From an uncultured bacterium (GTDB lineage Bacteria > Armatimonadota > Abditibacteriia > Abditibacteriales > Abditibacteriaceae), in contig CAWJLW010000003.1 of NCBI GenBank assembly GCA_963843795.1, positions 1-40,629 on the forward strand: a stretch of DNA of 40,629 nucleotides, given 5' to 3'. The notes under the pieces are model-generated. The model had not been told where the DNA came from and searched no databases. It was given only the letters and a program-made list of their open reading frames with translations. Positions 1 through 10,183 of this stretch are shown here, piece after piece; position 1 is the stretch's first letter, and each line of letters starts with the position of its first letter. Position numbers and translations under genes: made by a program.

Positions 1-1
1 T

Positions 2-502
2 TTGACCGCTCGAGCGAAGTCTTTTAGATCGCGGGACGGTTTATACGCTGTTCACGGACCACTCGACAACCGTCGTCCCCTGACCTGGGAGCGCAATCGC
101 ATCGACCTGCTGATTCTCGAAGGGCTGGTGTTCACTTGTCCATGGACCGGCAAAACGATTGCGCGGGATGTGCCCTATGACCTCGATCATCTGATTTCGA
201 TTGCACTGCTTCCGATCAACGAGTTGTGGAATCTGGTGCCCGCTGACCCGTATTTCAACTCGCGTCGCAAGCGAGCGCGCATGCCTTCATCGGACAGGAT
301 CCTGCAGGCCCTGCCCCACTTGGCGGCCACTTATGAGCACTACACGGATTCTGCAGAACTGGCCCAGGCTTTGAAGGCCGATGCGACCGGACGCTTTTGG
401 GTTTTTCGAAACGGTGCGGTGACTTCAAAACGGTTGGCCGGGGTGGTGGGCGACTACATGAGGGTTGTCAATGATTCGCGCAATGCGGCCACCTTTGGTT
501 GA
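2..502 (+). CDS. HNH endonuclease domain protein, C-terminal part (5' end outside window)
   Basis: ORF is open at the window edge. CPWTGK...YDLDHLI...NELWNLVPAD..FN..K is an HNH (His-Me finger) motif. Confidence 0.8.
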   Translation: MTARAKSFRSRDGLYAVHGPLDNRRPLTWERNRIDLLILEGLVFTCPWTGKTIARDVPYDLDHLISIALLPINELWNLVPADPYFNSRRKRARMPSSDRILQALPHLAATYEHYTDSAELAQALKADATGRFWVFRNGAVTSKRLAGVVGDYMRVVNDSRNAATFG

Positions 503-597
503 TTGCGCTCTGATTGATTTGCACTTTGGTTGACTCGCACTTCGCTTGGGTCGCGCTCCAATTGAATTGCACACGACGATCAAGAAGTGATTTTCAA

Positions 598-774
598 ATG
601 ACTTTCATAGAACCTTTTGGGAATGATTTACCGGACGGTGATCGGTATCTGGAAGCTGATTGCTCTTACAGCGCGCCGTGTCCTGAATGCTGTGGTTCGT
701 GTGCGCTCCTCGCCGCGAATTTATGGCAGTGTGCGACCTGTGCGGCGATCGTGACAGCGCAGCAGATCATGTAA
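598..774 (+). CDS. possible small zinc-ribbon protein
   Basis: 58-codon ORF from ATG 598 with CPEC and CATC pairs. No other support. Confidence 0.3.
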   Translation: MTFIEPFGNDLPDGDRYLEADCSYSAPCPECCGSCALLAANLWQCATCAAIVTAQQIM

Positions 775-968
775 GGACCGCACTGTGAGGAGTCAAAATG
801 ACGGGTTAGTCTGTGAGAGACAATTTGCAAATCACCTGTTACGGCAAAACCGAATACCAATCACCAAGTGCAAGACACGAATAAGCTTGGATAAGCCTGG
901 CTCCTGCCCCAATCTCTTGCCCCAATGCAAAACCTGAACGCAAAAAAGCAGATAAAATCATCGGGGCT

Positions 969-1550
969 ATGAAGAATAACCGCGAAATCCTCCGTGCATT
1001 AGAAGATTATCAGGCCTTCGACGACCGAGAGCAGGCCATGGTCGAACAAACGCGGCAATTCGTGCGTTCTGCTGACTCTGTCGCTGCCCGATTTGCCGTT
1101 GCCGATCAGTCACCCATCACCGTTCTTGATCGAGCCCACGGCGCGGGTCATCTCACCGCGTCCATCTGGCTGCTGAGCCGGTCTCGCGATGCGGTCTTGC
1201 TGACACATCACCGCAAACTGGGACGCTGGATGCAACTGGGCGGACATGTCGAAGCGGGCGAGTCTTTGTTCGAGGCCGCACTTCGAGAAGCTCGCGAGGA
1301 ATCTGGCCTTGACCGCATAACACCACTGAGCAGACATATTTTTGACATCGACGTCCATCGCATACCGATTTGGAAGTCAGTGCCGTCGCATCTGCACTAC
1401 GATGTTCGCTTTGTAATGGAAGCCCAAGGCATGCCGGTTATCTCCGCTGAATCGAACGAACTGGCCTGGGTCTCTCTGACTTCTGCGACACACTTTTGCC
1501 AGAACGAATCATTGCTCCGCATGGTCCGAAAAACGGTGCACTGGGCATAG
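969..1550 (+). CDS. NUDIX hydrolase
   Basis: Canonical Nudix box GHVEAGESLFEAALREAREESGL, plus GHLTAS, LLTHHRKLGRWMQLGGH and HLHYDVRF motifs. Confidence 0.93.
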   Translation: MKNNREILRALEDYQAFDDREQAMVEQTRQFVRSADSVAARFAVADQSPITVLDRAHGAGHLTASIWLLSRSRDAVLLTHHRKLGRWMQLGGHVEAGESLFEAALREAREESGLDRITPLSRHIFDIDVHRIPIWKSVPSHLHYDVRFVMEAQGMPVISAESNELAWVSLTSATHFCQNESLLRMVRKTVHWA

Positions 1551-1589
1551 CAGGAAACTTTCCACTACAACTGGTAGGAAATTAGGGAC

Positions 1590-2007
1590 AAGGCCACTTC
1601 AATCAACTGCCTTCTGATTTTATTTGTCATTCAAAATAACGAAAATAGAAAAGAGATTTTAAAGCGATGAGATCTGGAGATTGACACATTAATTGATAAT
1701 TGACGATAGTATTTGGGATAGTAAGAGAAAATATATTTCCCTTTTTAAAGAAATATACACAATTCGTCTTCGATATCATTTACAATAAGCCATCTGCGCT
1801 TCCTGCAGCCACTATTGATTGAGGGACTTTCGCATGGCAGAAGAACTGTCAATCAACGATTTGTTGACGGGTCGCAGTTTGAAGAGTCAATTGAAGAGCC
1901 AATAACTGGCTTTGATACTGGCAGCGTTTTTCGATAATGCCAAAAAAAGTTACTTAAAGAACTGGATCAAGGCAAAGGTGCTCAAGGTTAAATGTATCGC
2001 TGAGGTA
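1590..2007 (+). repeat. degenerate direct repeat copy A (copy B at ~30212-30628)
   Basis: Shares identical blocks with copy B, e.g. tcaaaataacgaaaatagaaaagagattttaaagcgat, tcatttacaataagccatctgcgcttcctgcag and gaagaactgtcaatca. Confidence 0.95.
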
Positions 2008-2010
2008 TGA
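1834..2010 (+). pseudogene. 5' remnant paralog of the 30482-31012 hypothetical gene
   Basis: Reads MAEELSINDLLTGRSLKSQLKSQ* versus MAEELSISDLLTGGNLKGKL. TAA at 1903-1905, then a 1-nt deletion and short duplications. Similarity ends at IAEV. Confidence 0.9.
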
Positions 2011-2116
2011 CCGTCTTCCTGCAAATTGGTTCAATGGCAGGCTTGAGGCGACAATCAAAGGTACTGGCACCCATCGGTTTGTATTGGAGGTAACAGATGT
2101 CGATGATCCATGTGGC

Positions 2117-2166
2117 GGCACAGACAGGTTTCGGCAGGACAGGTTTCGGCACAGACAGGTTTCGGC
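2117..2166. repeat. short tandem repeat, 3 x 15-16 bp (ggcacagacaggtttc)
   Basis: Read directly from the sequence. Confidence 0.9.
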
Positions 2167-2526
2167 TACAAGTCGATGAGAGTAATCTCGTCGACAAAAT
2201 TATTAGTCATGGAAACATCCAAATACACCAATCACATAGAAACGCGAGTGATTGTGAAGGTGCTGTGCCTTATAGGCACCTCCTGAACTAGTTTCGAGGT
2301 AACCATCAAGGAATGCTCGATAGCTCTTATCGTCCTGTTCACTTTCTCGGGTAAAGTTCAGTTTGGTCTGAGTGTAAATGTCAAAGCATTTGAAGTAGTT
2401 AATTTATGATTATGCGTTGATTCTAAAAAACTTGAATTAATTTGTAAATTGCTCCCAAAATTTCTCAAGCAATAGGTCATCTGTGATTTTGCAGCAAACA
2501 GTATTCGTGTGCCTTTGTGTGAGAAA

Positions 2527-2556
2527 TGTAGAATTCGATTTAAATCGAATTCTACA
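2527..2556. promoter_or_regulatory. perfect 30-bp palindrome, candidate operator of the eCIS operon
   Basis: tgtagaattcgattt|aaatcgaattctaca, in an AT-rich region ~80 bp upstream of the sheath ATG. The palindrome is directly seen; the function is inferred. Confidence 0.65.
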
Positions 2557-2633
2557 CTCAAACATTTGTTTATTACAGGGGATTGTTTAGATGTTCGGAG
2601 ACGATAATTTAGAAAATTATTTGAGGAGTGTCA

Positions 2634-4352
2634 ATGCCAATTCAAACAACCTATCCTGGGGTTTACATCCAGGAACTTTCCAGTGGCGTTCACACCATCA
2701 CTGGCGTCAGCACTTCGATCACGGCTTTTGTCGGTCGGGCCCTACGCGGCCCGACCGATGATTCCGTGACCATCAACAGCTTCGCCGACTTCGAGCGGCG
2801 CTTCGGCGGTCTGGGCGACGATTACCCGATGAGCTATGCCGTGCGCGATTTTTATCTCAACGGCGGCACGCAGGCGATCATCGTGCGCCTGTTCAAGGCC
2901 AGCGACACGGACGATGGCACCGCCCACTTGACGGCGGACGATTTGAAATTGGTGGCGTCTAGTCCGGGCAAGTGGGGCGAAAACCTGCGCGTTACCATTG
3001 ACACCGCCGTTGCGCCCGAAGTAAAAACGCGCCTGGGATTGGCCGCCAGCGATATTCTCTTCAATCTCATCATCCGCGAAGACAGGCCAGGTGGCCCCAT
3101 CGAGCAGATTCGTAATCTAACGCTTGCCGAAAGTCCGCGCCGCGTTGATCGCGTGCTCAAATCCGAGTCCAGTTTGGCGCGCTGGGATGGCGATTTTCCC
3201 TCCGAATTGCCAAAGATGCCGAATGTCAAAGCTGCCTTGGAAAAGCAGCAGAGCTTGGCACAGGCGCAGGAAAATTTGGTGAAGGCACAAAAGGTTAGCC
3301 CGCCCGTGCAGGCCGATATTGATGCGGCTAAGGCCGCCGTTACCGCCGCTCAAACCGCGCTTGCGACCGCGCAGTCGAACCTGGCGGCGGCAATGAAGGT
3401 CACGACAACTTCTGATAGCCAGCCGTTGGAAGTCGAAGATTATACAGAAGGTGAGAACGAAAAAAACGGCATCTTCGCCCTTGAGAAAGCTGACCTTTTC
3501 AATCTGCTTTGCATCCCGCCCGATAACGAAACCATAGACGTGCCCAAGCTCTCCGACATTTATCAGGCGGCGATGGCTTATTGCGTCAGGCGGCGCGCGA
3601 TGCTCATCGTTGATCCGCCCGCCGAGTGGAGCGCCAACAAGGACACCGCTGCGTCCGCCGCGCGCGATGGTTTGTCCGCTCTGAATTTGTCGGGCACTGC
3701 TGCACGCAACGCGGCGATTTACTTCCCGCGCGTTTTGGAAGCTGACTCAATGCGCGACGGACAAATCCGTGCGTTCGTGCCCAGTGGAATGGTCGCGGGC
3801 GTAATGGCGCGCACCGACGCACAACGCGGCGTCTGGAAGGCGCCCGCCGGTTTGGACGCGGCGCTTAATGGCATTCAGGGTTTGGAAGTTAATTTGACCG
3901 ACGCCGAAAATGGAATGCTCAATCCGCTCGGCATCAACTGTTTACGCTCTTTTCCCGTCAACGGAAAAGTCGTATGGGGCGCGCGCACCCTGCGCGGCGC
4001 TGACCAACTGGCCGACGAATACAAATATATTCCAATTCGCCGTCTGGCACTGTTTCTCGAAGAGAGTTTGTATCGCGGCACACAATGGGTGGTTTTCGAG
4101 CCGAACGATGAGCCGTTATGGGCGCAAATTCGGCTCAACATCGGCGCTTTCATGCACAACCTGTTTCGGCAGGGCGCGTTTCAGGGCAAGACGCCGCGCG
4201 ACGCTTACTTCGTGCAATGCGACGCCGAAACCACGACTCAAAATGATCGCGATTTGGGTATTGTCAATGTCGTTGTGGGTTTTGCGCCGCTCAAACCCGC
4301 CGAATTTGTCATCATCAGCATTCAACAGATGGCCGGTCAAATCGAAGTGTAA
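2634..4352 (+). CDS. contractile tail sheath protein (Afp2/3/4, gp18-like)
   Basis: YPGVYIQE N-terminus, GVWKAPAG, VVWGARTL, VVFEPNDEPLW and APLKPAEFV. RBS GAGGA is 6 nt before ATG 2634. Confidence 0.97.
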   Translation: MPIQTTYPGVYIQELSSGVHTITGVSTSITAFVGRALRGPTDDSVTINSFADFERRFGGLGDDYPMSYAVRDFYLNGGTQAIIVRLFKASDTDDGTAHLTADDLKLVASSPGKWGENLRVTIDTAVAPEVKTRLGLAASDILFNLIIREDRPGGPIEQIRNLTLAESPRRVDRVLKSESSLARWDGDFPSELPKMPNVKAALEKQQSLAQAQENLVKAQKVSPPVQADIDAAKAAVTAAQTALATAQSNLAAAMKVTTTSDSQPLEVEDYTEGENEKNGIFALEKADLFNLLCIPPDNETIDVPKLSDIYQAAMAYCVRRRAMLIVDPPAEWSANKDTAASAARDGLSALNLSGTAARNAAIYFPRVLEADSMRDGQIRAFVPSGMVAGVMARTDAQRGVWKAPAGLDAALNGIQGLEVNLTDAENGMLNPLGINCLRSFPVNGKVVWGARTLRGADQLADEYKYIPIRRLALFLEESLYRGTQWVVFEPNDEPLWAQIRLNIGAFMHNLFRQGAFQGKTPRDAYFVQCDAETTTQNDRDLGIVNVVVGFAPLKPAEFVIISIQQMAGQIEV

Positions 4353-4396
4353 GCAGCGACGTTCGCTTTTACCCCACAGTCATTCAGGAGATAATC

Positions 4397-4915
4397 ATGT
4401 CACTTTTTAGCGTCAATGCTCAACGCTTCGATCCCTACAAGAACTTCAAGTTCCGCGTCAAATGGGATGGCCGCTATGTGGCGGGCATCAGCAAAGTCGG
4501 CGCGCTCAAGCGCACGACTGAAGTCGTAAAACACCGCGACGGCGGCGACCCCAGCACCACGCGCAAAGCGCCGGGTCGCACCGAATACGATGCAATCATG
4601 CTCGAACGTGGCGTGACTCATGATCTTGATTTCGAGCAGTGGGCCAACCGCGTTTGGAATACGCAGACCGCTCTGGGCGCTGAAGTTTCGCTCAAGGATT
4701 TTCGCAAAGATATCATCATTGAGGTCTACAACGAATCCGGCCAACTCGTCTTGGCCTACAAGATTTACCGCTGCTGGGTTTCCGAATATCAGGCGTTGCC
4801 CGATTTGGATGCCAACGCTAACGCGGTGGCCATTCAGCATATCAAGTTAGAAAATGAGGGCTGGGAACGCGACATCGTGGTACCGGAACCGGCGGAAGTG
4901 GCGCTGACGACCTGA
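4397..4915 (+). CDS. tail tube protein (Afp1/5, T4 gp19-like)
   Basis: RFDPYKNFKFRVKWDG, PGRTEYDAIMLERGVT, RCWVSEYQALPDLDANANAVAIQ. RBS AGGAG. Confidence 0.96.
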   Translation: MSLFSVNAQRFDPYKNFKFRVKWDGRYVAGISKVGALKRTTEVVKHRDGGDPSTTRKAPGRTEYDAIMLERGVTHDLDFEQWANRVWNTQTALGAEVSLKDFRKDIIIEVYNESGQLVLAYKIYRCWVSEYQALPDLDANANAVAIQHIKLENEGWERDIVVPEPAEVALTT

Positions 4916-4928
4916 GCAGAGATTTGTC

Positions 4929-5657
4929 ATGCGCGCTTTATCGGTGGAGGAACTGCTGAGTGTTTGGGAACAGGCGACGAAACAGCTTCCAGTCGAGCAA
5001 TCGCTGGCGCTTTTGCAAGTCGCCTGTCCCGAAACTCCATCGCAGGAGTTATTGAATTGGACAATCGGCACGCGCGACGCGGCGCTGCTTACGCTACGCG
5101 ACTGGACGTTTGGCTCTCAGCTCAATGCTCTTGCGCAGTGCCTGGCCTGCGGCGAGCGTTTGGAACTGACTTTTGAGAGCGACGATATTCGCGTCTCCGA
5201 AAATGTGTCCGCCGAAGTTTTGGTGGTGAGCGCCGAAAATTACGTATTGAAACTGCGTGTGCCGACCGTCCAAGATCTGCTGGCCTTGGAAACCACGAAT
5301 ACCGAAGCGGCGCGCAAAGTTCTGTTGGAGCGTTGCATCCTCGAAGCGAAACATGAGGGCGAAGAAGTGGTGGGCGAAGAATGGCCGGAAGCAGTGCAAG
5401 CGGCGGCGGTGGCTGCGATAGCACAAAACGATCGGCAAGCCGATGTGCAATTGGCGCTCAGTTGTCCACAGTGCGGTCACCAGTGGCAGGCCAATTTCGA
5501 TATTGGCGCTTATTTTTGGGATGAAATCGAAGCGTGGGCGCTGCGTCTGTTGCGCGAGGTTCACCTTTTGGCGGCGACCTACGGTTGGCGCGAAGCCGAT
5601 ATTCTGGCGCTGAGTCCGTTGCGCCGACAGTTTTATCTGGAGATGTTGACCAAATGA
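4929..5657 (+). CDS. tail/baseplate assembly chaperone-like protein (zinc-ribbon)
   Basis: Follows the tube gene. CLAC and CPQC pairs. C-terminal EVHLLAATYGWREADILALSPLRRQFYL resembles tail chaperone C-terminal modules seen in eCIS loci. Confidence 0.8.
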   Translation: MRALSVEELLSVWEQATKQLPVEQSLALLQVACPETPSQELLNWTIGTRDAALLTLRDWTFGSQLNALAQCLACGERLELTFESDDIRVSENVSAEVLVVSAENYVLKLRVPTVQDLLALETTNTEAARKVLLERCILEAKHEGEEVVGEEWPEAVQAAAVAAIAQNDRQADVQLALSCPQCGHQWQANFDIGAYFWDEIEAWALRLLREVHLLAATYGWREADILALSPLRRQFYLEMLTK

Positions 5658-6475
5658 GCGATTTTCTCAGTAATCTGGTGACACGGGCGCTGGGGTTGGA
5701 AACCAATGTGCGACCTCTCTTGCCTTCGCGCGCTGGCCCGCCCACCGAGAGCGCATTCGGGCCAGCGCCGTTACTGAGCGATGTAGAACAAGAAGACACG
5801 GAAAATATGGTGTTTTCGTCTATGCAATCTTCGCGTCACCGCAGACGAATGGCCGCGGACAGGGAAAATCCTCTCTCCGAATCGCCTCTCACAATTTCAA
5901 CGTCCAATCGTTCTGCGATTAGCACAGCTACGTCCAGGCAGTCGGAGGAAACTGCGTCGTTAACGCCGAACCGCTCGACCGAAAGCAGGGTGCCCGCCGT
6001 GGCTCCACTCGTCGTGCCCGTCGGAACTGGCCCAGTTTCAGCCCGCGACGACTTATCCACGCCAACGCCCGTTGCGCGCGCGGATTCTCTATCCGTCCCC
6101 GCGCCGCCAGAGCGTCTCGTGCGCGAATCCGTGCGCGAAGTTTCTCGCACTGAAGTGAGCGTCCCGACGCAAAAGCCGCGCGTAAAAAGAGTTGCGGCAC
6201 CCCAAGAGGCGCCCGCGCCCGCCCACCTAACGCCGCGCCCGCCCGCGCCATCGCCCTTTGCTCCGATGATTAAACCGGCGGCGCCCACCGCGCCGCCGTT
6301 CGATGAAAAACGCGGTGAAGCGCCTCCGCAACCCACAATTCAAGTCACTATTGGCCGCATCGAAGTGCGCGCTACTCCAGCGCCCACGCGCAAGCCGGCG
6401 AATAATGCGGCGACGTCAACGGGCGCACTGAGTCTGGATGATTATCTGAGCCAGCGCGCCGGAGGTCGGCGATGA
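5654..6475 (+). CDS. Pro/Ser-rich eCIS-associated hypothetical protein
   Basis: ATGA-coupled at both ends. Low-complexity middle with C-terminal IQVTIGRIEVRA...LSLDDYL motif typical of genes preceding DUF4255. Confidence 0.8.
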   Translation: MSDFLSNLVTRALGLETNVRPLLPSRAGPPTESAFGPAPLLSDVEQEDTENMVFSSMQSSRHRRRMAADRENPLSESPLTISTSNRSAISTATSRQSEETASLTPNRSTESRVPAVAPLVVPVGTGPVSARDDLSTPTPVARADSLSVPAPPERLVRESVREVSRTEVSVPTQKPRVKRVAAPQEAPAPAHLTPRPPAPSPFAPMIKPAAPTAPPFDEKRGEAPPQPTIQVTIGRIEVRATPAPTRKPANNAATSTGALSLDDYLSQRAGGRR

Positions 6476-7758
6476 GCAACGCGCTCGCCATTGCGACCGT
6501 GACGGCGACGTTGCGGCGCAATCTTCAAATCGCCATTGACGTCGAAGTCAGCGGCGCCAAAGTCACCACGGTGCGGCCCGACGCGAGTGGCAACGGGACA
6601 CCCGCGACCGGCGTCAACATTTATCTCTATCAAATCACGCCCAATGCGCACTGGCGTAACGCCGATTTGCCGACGCGACGCTCCGAAAACCGAGCGCTGA
6701 TTCAGCAACCCAGAGCCGCGCTCGATTTGCATTATGTACTGACTTTTTACGGCGACGAGACGCGCTTACAATCTCAACATTTGGCCGCTATTGCCGCGCG
6801 CACTCTGCATACGCAACCCATTTTGACGGGCGGCCAAATCGGCGACACGCTGGCCGATCCGACCTTTAGTTTTCTGGCGGGATCGAACTTGGCCGACGAA
6901 GTCGAAACCGTCAAATTCACGCCCCTCCCGCTTTCGCTGGAAGAGTTGTCTCGGCTGTGGTCGGTGCTGTTCCAAACGCCCTACGCGCTTTCGATGATGT
7001 ATCAAAGTTCGGTCGTTTTCGTGGACGCGTCCGAAACGCCCCAACCGGCTTTGCCGGTGCGCGAGCGCCGGATTTACCCGACAGTATTTCGTCAGCCCCA
7101 CATCGAAACCGTGCAATCCGCAGCGGGCGCAGGCCAAGGCCAAATTATTAGCTCGAATAGCACGCTGATTATTTCCGGCCAACAACTGAAAGGTGAAAAT
7201 ACTCAAATCCGCATCGGTGACCAAATTGTGCCGCCGCAAAGCGTGAGCGCCAGCGAAATTCGCCTTGAACTTTCAACGGCTTCCCCGAATTCGCTGCGCG
7301 CTGGCGTGCAGGCCCTCCAAGTTATTCAACCGGTGTCGATTGGTGAATCGCCGCATCCTGGCGTAGGCGCCGAATCGAACGTCGCCGCATTCGTTTTGTG
7401 CCCAACGATTAGCGTTGCCGCGACGATTACGACTCGCACTGCGACCGATTTTGGCGGCTCGACTTTGAACGCGTGCGACGGCGATGTGGCTGTGACTTTC
7501 GATCTACAAGTTGGCCAAAAGCAGCGCGTGGTTTTGCTGCTCAACGAAATTAACGCGCCCACCGGGTTGGACGCGGTGGCTTACAGTTTCAAATCGCCCG
7601 CGCGCGAGGCGGACGCGACCAGGCAGATCACCGTTCCGGTTGCGGGAGTGCGTGAGGGACAATATCTGGTGCGCGCTCAAGTGGACGGCGCGCAAAGTCC
7701 GCTGCAAACCAACGCTTCGACCGGCACGTTCAATGGGCCGCAGGTGGTGATCGTATGA
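6472..7758 (+). CDS. DUF4255 / Pvc16-Afp16-like cap (tail terminator) with C-terminal Ig/IPT-like domains
   Basis: MSNALAIATVTATL, VNIYLYQITPNAHWRNADLP, ALDLHYVLTFYG, LSLEELSRLWS. Confidence 0.9.
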   Translation: MSNALAIATVTATLRRNLQIAIDVEVSGAKVTTVRPDASGNGTPATGVNIYLYQITPNAHWRNADLPTRRSENRALIQQPRAALDLHYVLTFYGDETRLQSQHLAAIAARTLHTQPILTGGQIGDTLADPTFSFLAGSNLADEVETVKFTPLPLSLEELSRLWSVLFQTPYALSMMYQSSVVFVDASETPQPALPVRERRIYPTVFRQPHIETVQSAAGAGQGQIISSNSTLIISGQQLKGENTQIRIGDQIVPPQSVSASEIRLELSTASPNSLRAGVQALQVIQPVSIGESPHPGVGAESNVAAFVLCPTISVAATITTRTATDFGGSTLNACDGDVAVTFDLQVGQKQRVVLLLNEINAPTGLDAVAYSFKSPAREADATRQITVPVAGVREGQYLVRAQVDGAQSPLQTNASTGTFNGPQVVIV

Positions 7759-9929
7759 ACGCCACCTTTTACCAGAGTAACGAGACTTATCTCGAAGCCG
7801 CGCTGCAATGGCTGCGGCTATTATTGGAACGCCACGCGCAACCGACGTCCGCGCCGATAAGTTCGTCGCCATTGCCAATGGCGCTTTCGATGCCCAATAC
7901 GCCGGTTTTGACTGCCGCTTCGTCAACGACATTAGCTTCTCCAACACTACGTTGGCTCTTCTGGAAACGTGCCAACAGCGCCATATTGGACGCGCCGCGG
8001 GCAACGTTGCCCGCGCAGCCACTCGCGGTCAGTGCGCCCCCCGACGACTTGGAAGAGCGTTTGCAAAGCGCCGCGAGCGCGCTGAAAACCGCCGAATATG
8101 CGTCGCCACGTCCCGCTTTGCTCGTGTTGTCCGAGCAGTTGGGATTGTCGCGGTTCGAGCGCGATATTTTGCTGTTGTGTGCGGCGATGGAACTCGATAC
8201 GCGAGTTCCATCGCTGTGCGAGCGCGCACAGGACAATCGGCATCAACCTTATCCAACCTTTGCGCTATCACTGGCGTTGTTTCGGGATGACGAACCGGCG
8301 TGGGATGCGCTGGCGGCGTCGAGCCCGCTGCGGTTTTGGCGTTTGCTCGAAATCACTCAGCCCAACGGCGAACTGCTCACCAGTAGCCGCTTGCGCGCCG
8401 ACGAGCGCATCGTCAATTTCATCAAGGGCGCCAACTTGCTCGATGACCGCGTCGCCACTTTCGTGACGCGAATTCCCGCGCCAACCGAGGACTCGTTGCC
8501 GCCCTCACAAGCCGCCTTGGTCGAACATATCGCTGAGGCATGGCCCGACACGCGTTCGGCGATTCAGCTTTCGGGTGCGGACGCGGCCACGTCGCAACTT
8601 GTGGCGGCGCACGCCGCACGCGAGCTCAATCGCGCGCTGTTTCGTTTGTCCGCCGAATTGTTGCCCACTACGCCAGGCGACAGCGAAACGCTCGCGCGCC
8701 TGTGGCAACGCGAAAGCCGTCTGTTGCCATTGGCGCTTTATGTGGACGCCGCGAATTTGGAAGGCGAAACCGCCAACGCCCAAGCACCGTTACAACGGTT
8801 TGTGGCCTGCTGCAACGACGCAATTTTGGTGGCGACGCCCGAGACCGCGCCGCGTTTGGAACACGCCAGTTTGCGTTTGGAAGTCGCGCGCCCCACTGCG
8901 GCAGAACAGCGAGATCTCTGGCAGACGCTTTTGCAAGACAAATCGGGCACCATTCCAGGCGCGCTTTCCGGACAGTTCGACCTCGACGTGGCTGCTCTTC
9001 GCGACATCGCGCAGAGCGGTTTGAGCGCCACCGACGACGAAGCGGAACTGGGCCGCGTTTTGTGGGAGAAGTGCCGTCAGAGCGTGCGGCCCAGTCTGGA
9101 TAACCTAGCGCAACGCTTAGATTTGAAGGCCACATGGGGCGATTTGGTGTTGCCGCGCGCTGAGCGCCAACAGTTGCAACAGATCGCGCGTCAGATCGGG
9201 CAACGCAGCACGGTTTACGACGAGTGGGGTTTTCGCGGCAAAATGAATCGCGGATTGGGTCTGGGCGCGCTTTTTTACGGCGAAAGTGGAACCGGCAAAA
9301 CGATGGCTGCCGAAGTCATCGCCAACCATTTGCGCCTCGATTTGTATCGGATTGATTTGTCGGCGGTGGTTTCCAAATACATCGGCGAAACCGAGAAAAA
9401 TTTACGCCGCCTGTTCGATGAAGCCGAGCGTGGCGGCGCCGTTTTGTTCTTCGACGAAGCCGACGCACTGTTCGGCAAAAGGAGCGAAGTCAAGGACAGC
9501 CACGACCGTTATGCCAACATCGAAATCAATTACTTGTTGCAGCGCATGGAATCTTACGGAGGACTGGCAATTCTGGCGACCAATCAGAAAAGCGCGCTCG
9601 ACCCGGCGTTCGTGCGCCGGTTGCGCTTCATCGTCAATTTTCCTTTTCCCTCCGCCGTTGACCGCCGCCGTTTGTGGCAAAAAGCGTTTCCGCCCGCAAT
9701 CCCCAAATCGAATCTCGATTACGACCGTTTGTCGCGCCTGAACCTGACCGGCGGCAGCATTCACAGCATCGCGCTCAATGCGGCCTTTGGCGCCGCACGC
9801 CGGAAGTCGGCGCAAATCACCATGCCAATTGTGCTACAAGCCGCGCGCGACGAGTTCGCCAAGCTCGAACGCCCGGTCAACGAAACTGATTTTCGCTGGC
9901 TCGAACCCAAACAGGAGCAAACCACATGA
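7755..9929 (+). CDS. AAA+ ATPase (Afp15/Pvc15-like)
   Basis: Walker A GESGTGKT, Walker B LFFDEAD, and VSKYIGETEKNL and DSHDRYANIEINYLLQRME. Confidence 0.96.
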   Translation: MNATFYQSNETYLEAALQWLRLLLERHAQPTSAPISSSPLPMALSMPNTPVLTAASSTTLASPTLRWLFWKRANSAILDAPRATLPAQPLAVSAPPDDLEERLQSAASALKTAEYASPRPALLVLSEQLGLSRFERDILLLCAAMELDTRVPSLCERAQDNRHQPYPTFALSLALFRDDEPAWDALAASSPLRFWRLLEITQPNGELLTSSRLRADERIVNFIKGANLLDDRVATFVTRIPAPTEDSLPPSQAALVEHIAEAWPDTRSAIQLSGADAATSQLVAAHAARELNRALFRLSAELLPTTPGDSETLARLWQRESRLLPLALYVDAANLEGETANAQAPLQRFVACCNDAILVATPETAPRLEHASLRLEVARPTAAEQRDLWQTLLQDKSGTIPGALSGQFDLDVAALRDIAQSGLSATDDEAELGRVLWEKCRQSVRPSLDNLAQRLDLKATWGDLVLPRAERQQLQQIARQIGQRSTVYDEWGFRGKMNRGLGLGALFYGESGTGKTMAAEVIANHLRLDLYRIDLSAVVSKYIGETEKNLRRLFDEAERGGAVLFFDEADALFGKRSEVKDSHDRYANIEINYLLQRMESYGGLAILATNQKSALDPAFVRRLRFIVNFPFPSAVDRRRLWQKAFPPAIPKSNLDYDRLSRLNLTGGSIHSIALNAAFGAARRKSAQITMPIVLQAARDEFAKLERPVNETDFRWLEPKQEQTT

Positions 9930-10183
9930 ATATCCAACTCCACATCGAGCGCCTGATTCTAGAAGATATGCCGATCAGCCGCGCGCAAGGCCCGCAAGTC
10001 CAAGCCGCTGTGGAAGTCGAATTGTCGCGTTTGTTGACGGAAACCGGCATTGCTCCAACATTGGCCAGCGGGGGTGCGCTACGTTCAGTAAACGCCGATG
10101 CGATTGAAATTGCGCCTAAAAGTGACGTGGCAACACTGAGCAATCAAATCGCGGGCGCAGTTCACGGAGGTTTGAACCGATGA
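9926..10183 (+). CDS. small conserved eCIS hypothetical protein
   Basis: MNIQLHIERLILE...AAVEVELSRLL. ATGA-coupled on both sides with RBS AGGAG. Confidence 0.8.
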   Translation: MNIQLHIERLILEDMPISRAQGPQVQAAVEVELSRLLTETGIAPTLASGGALRSVNADAIEIAPKSDVATLSNQIAGAVHGGLNR

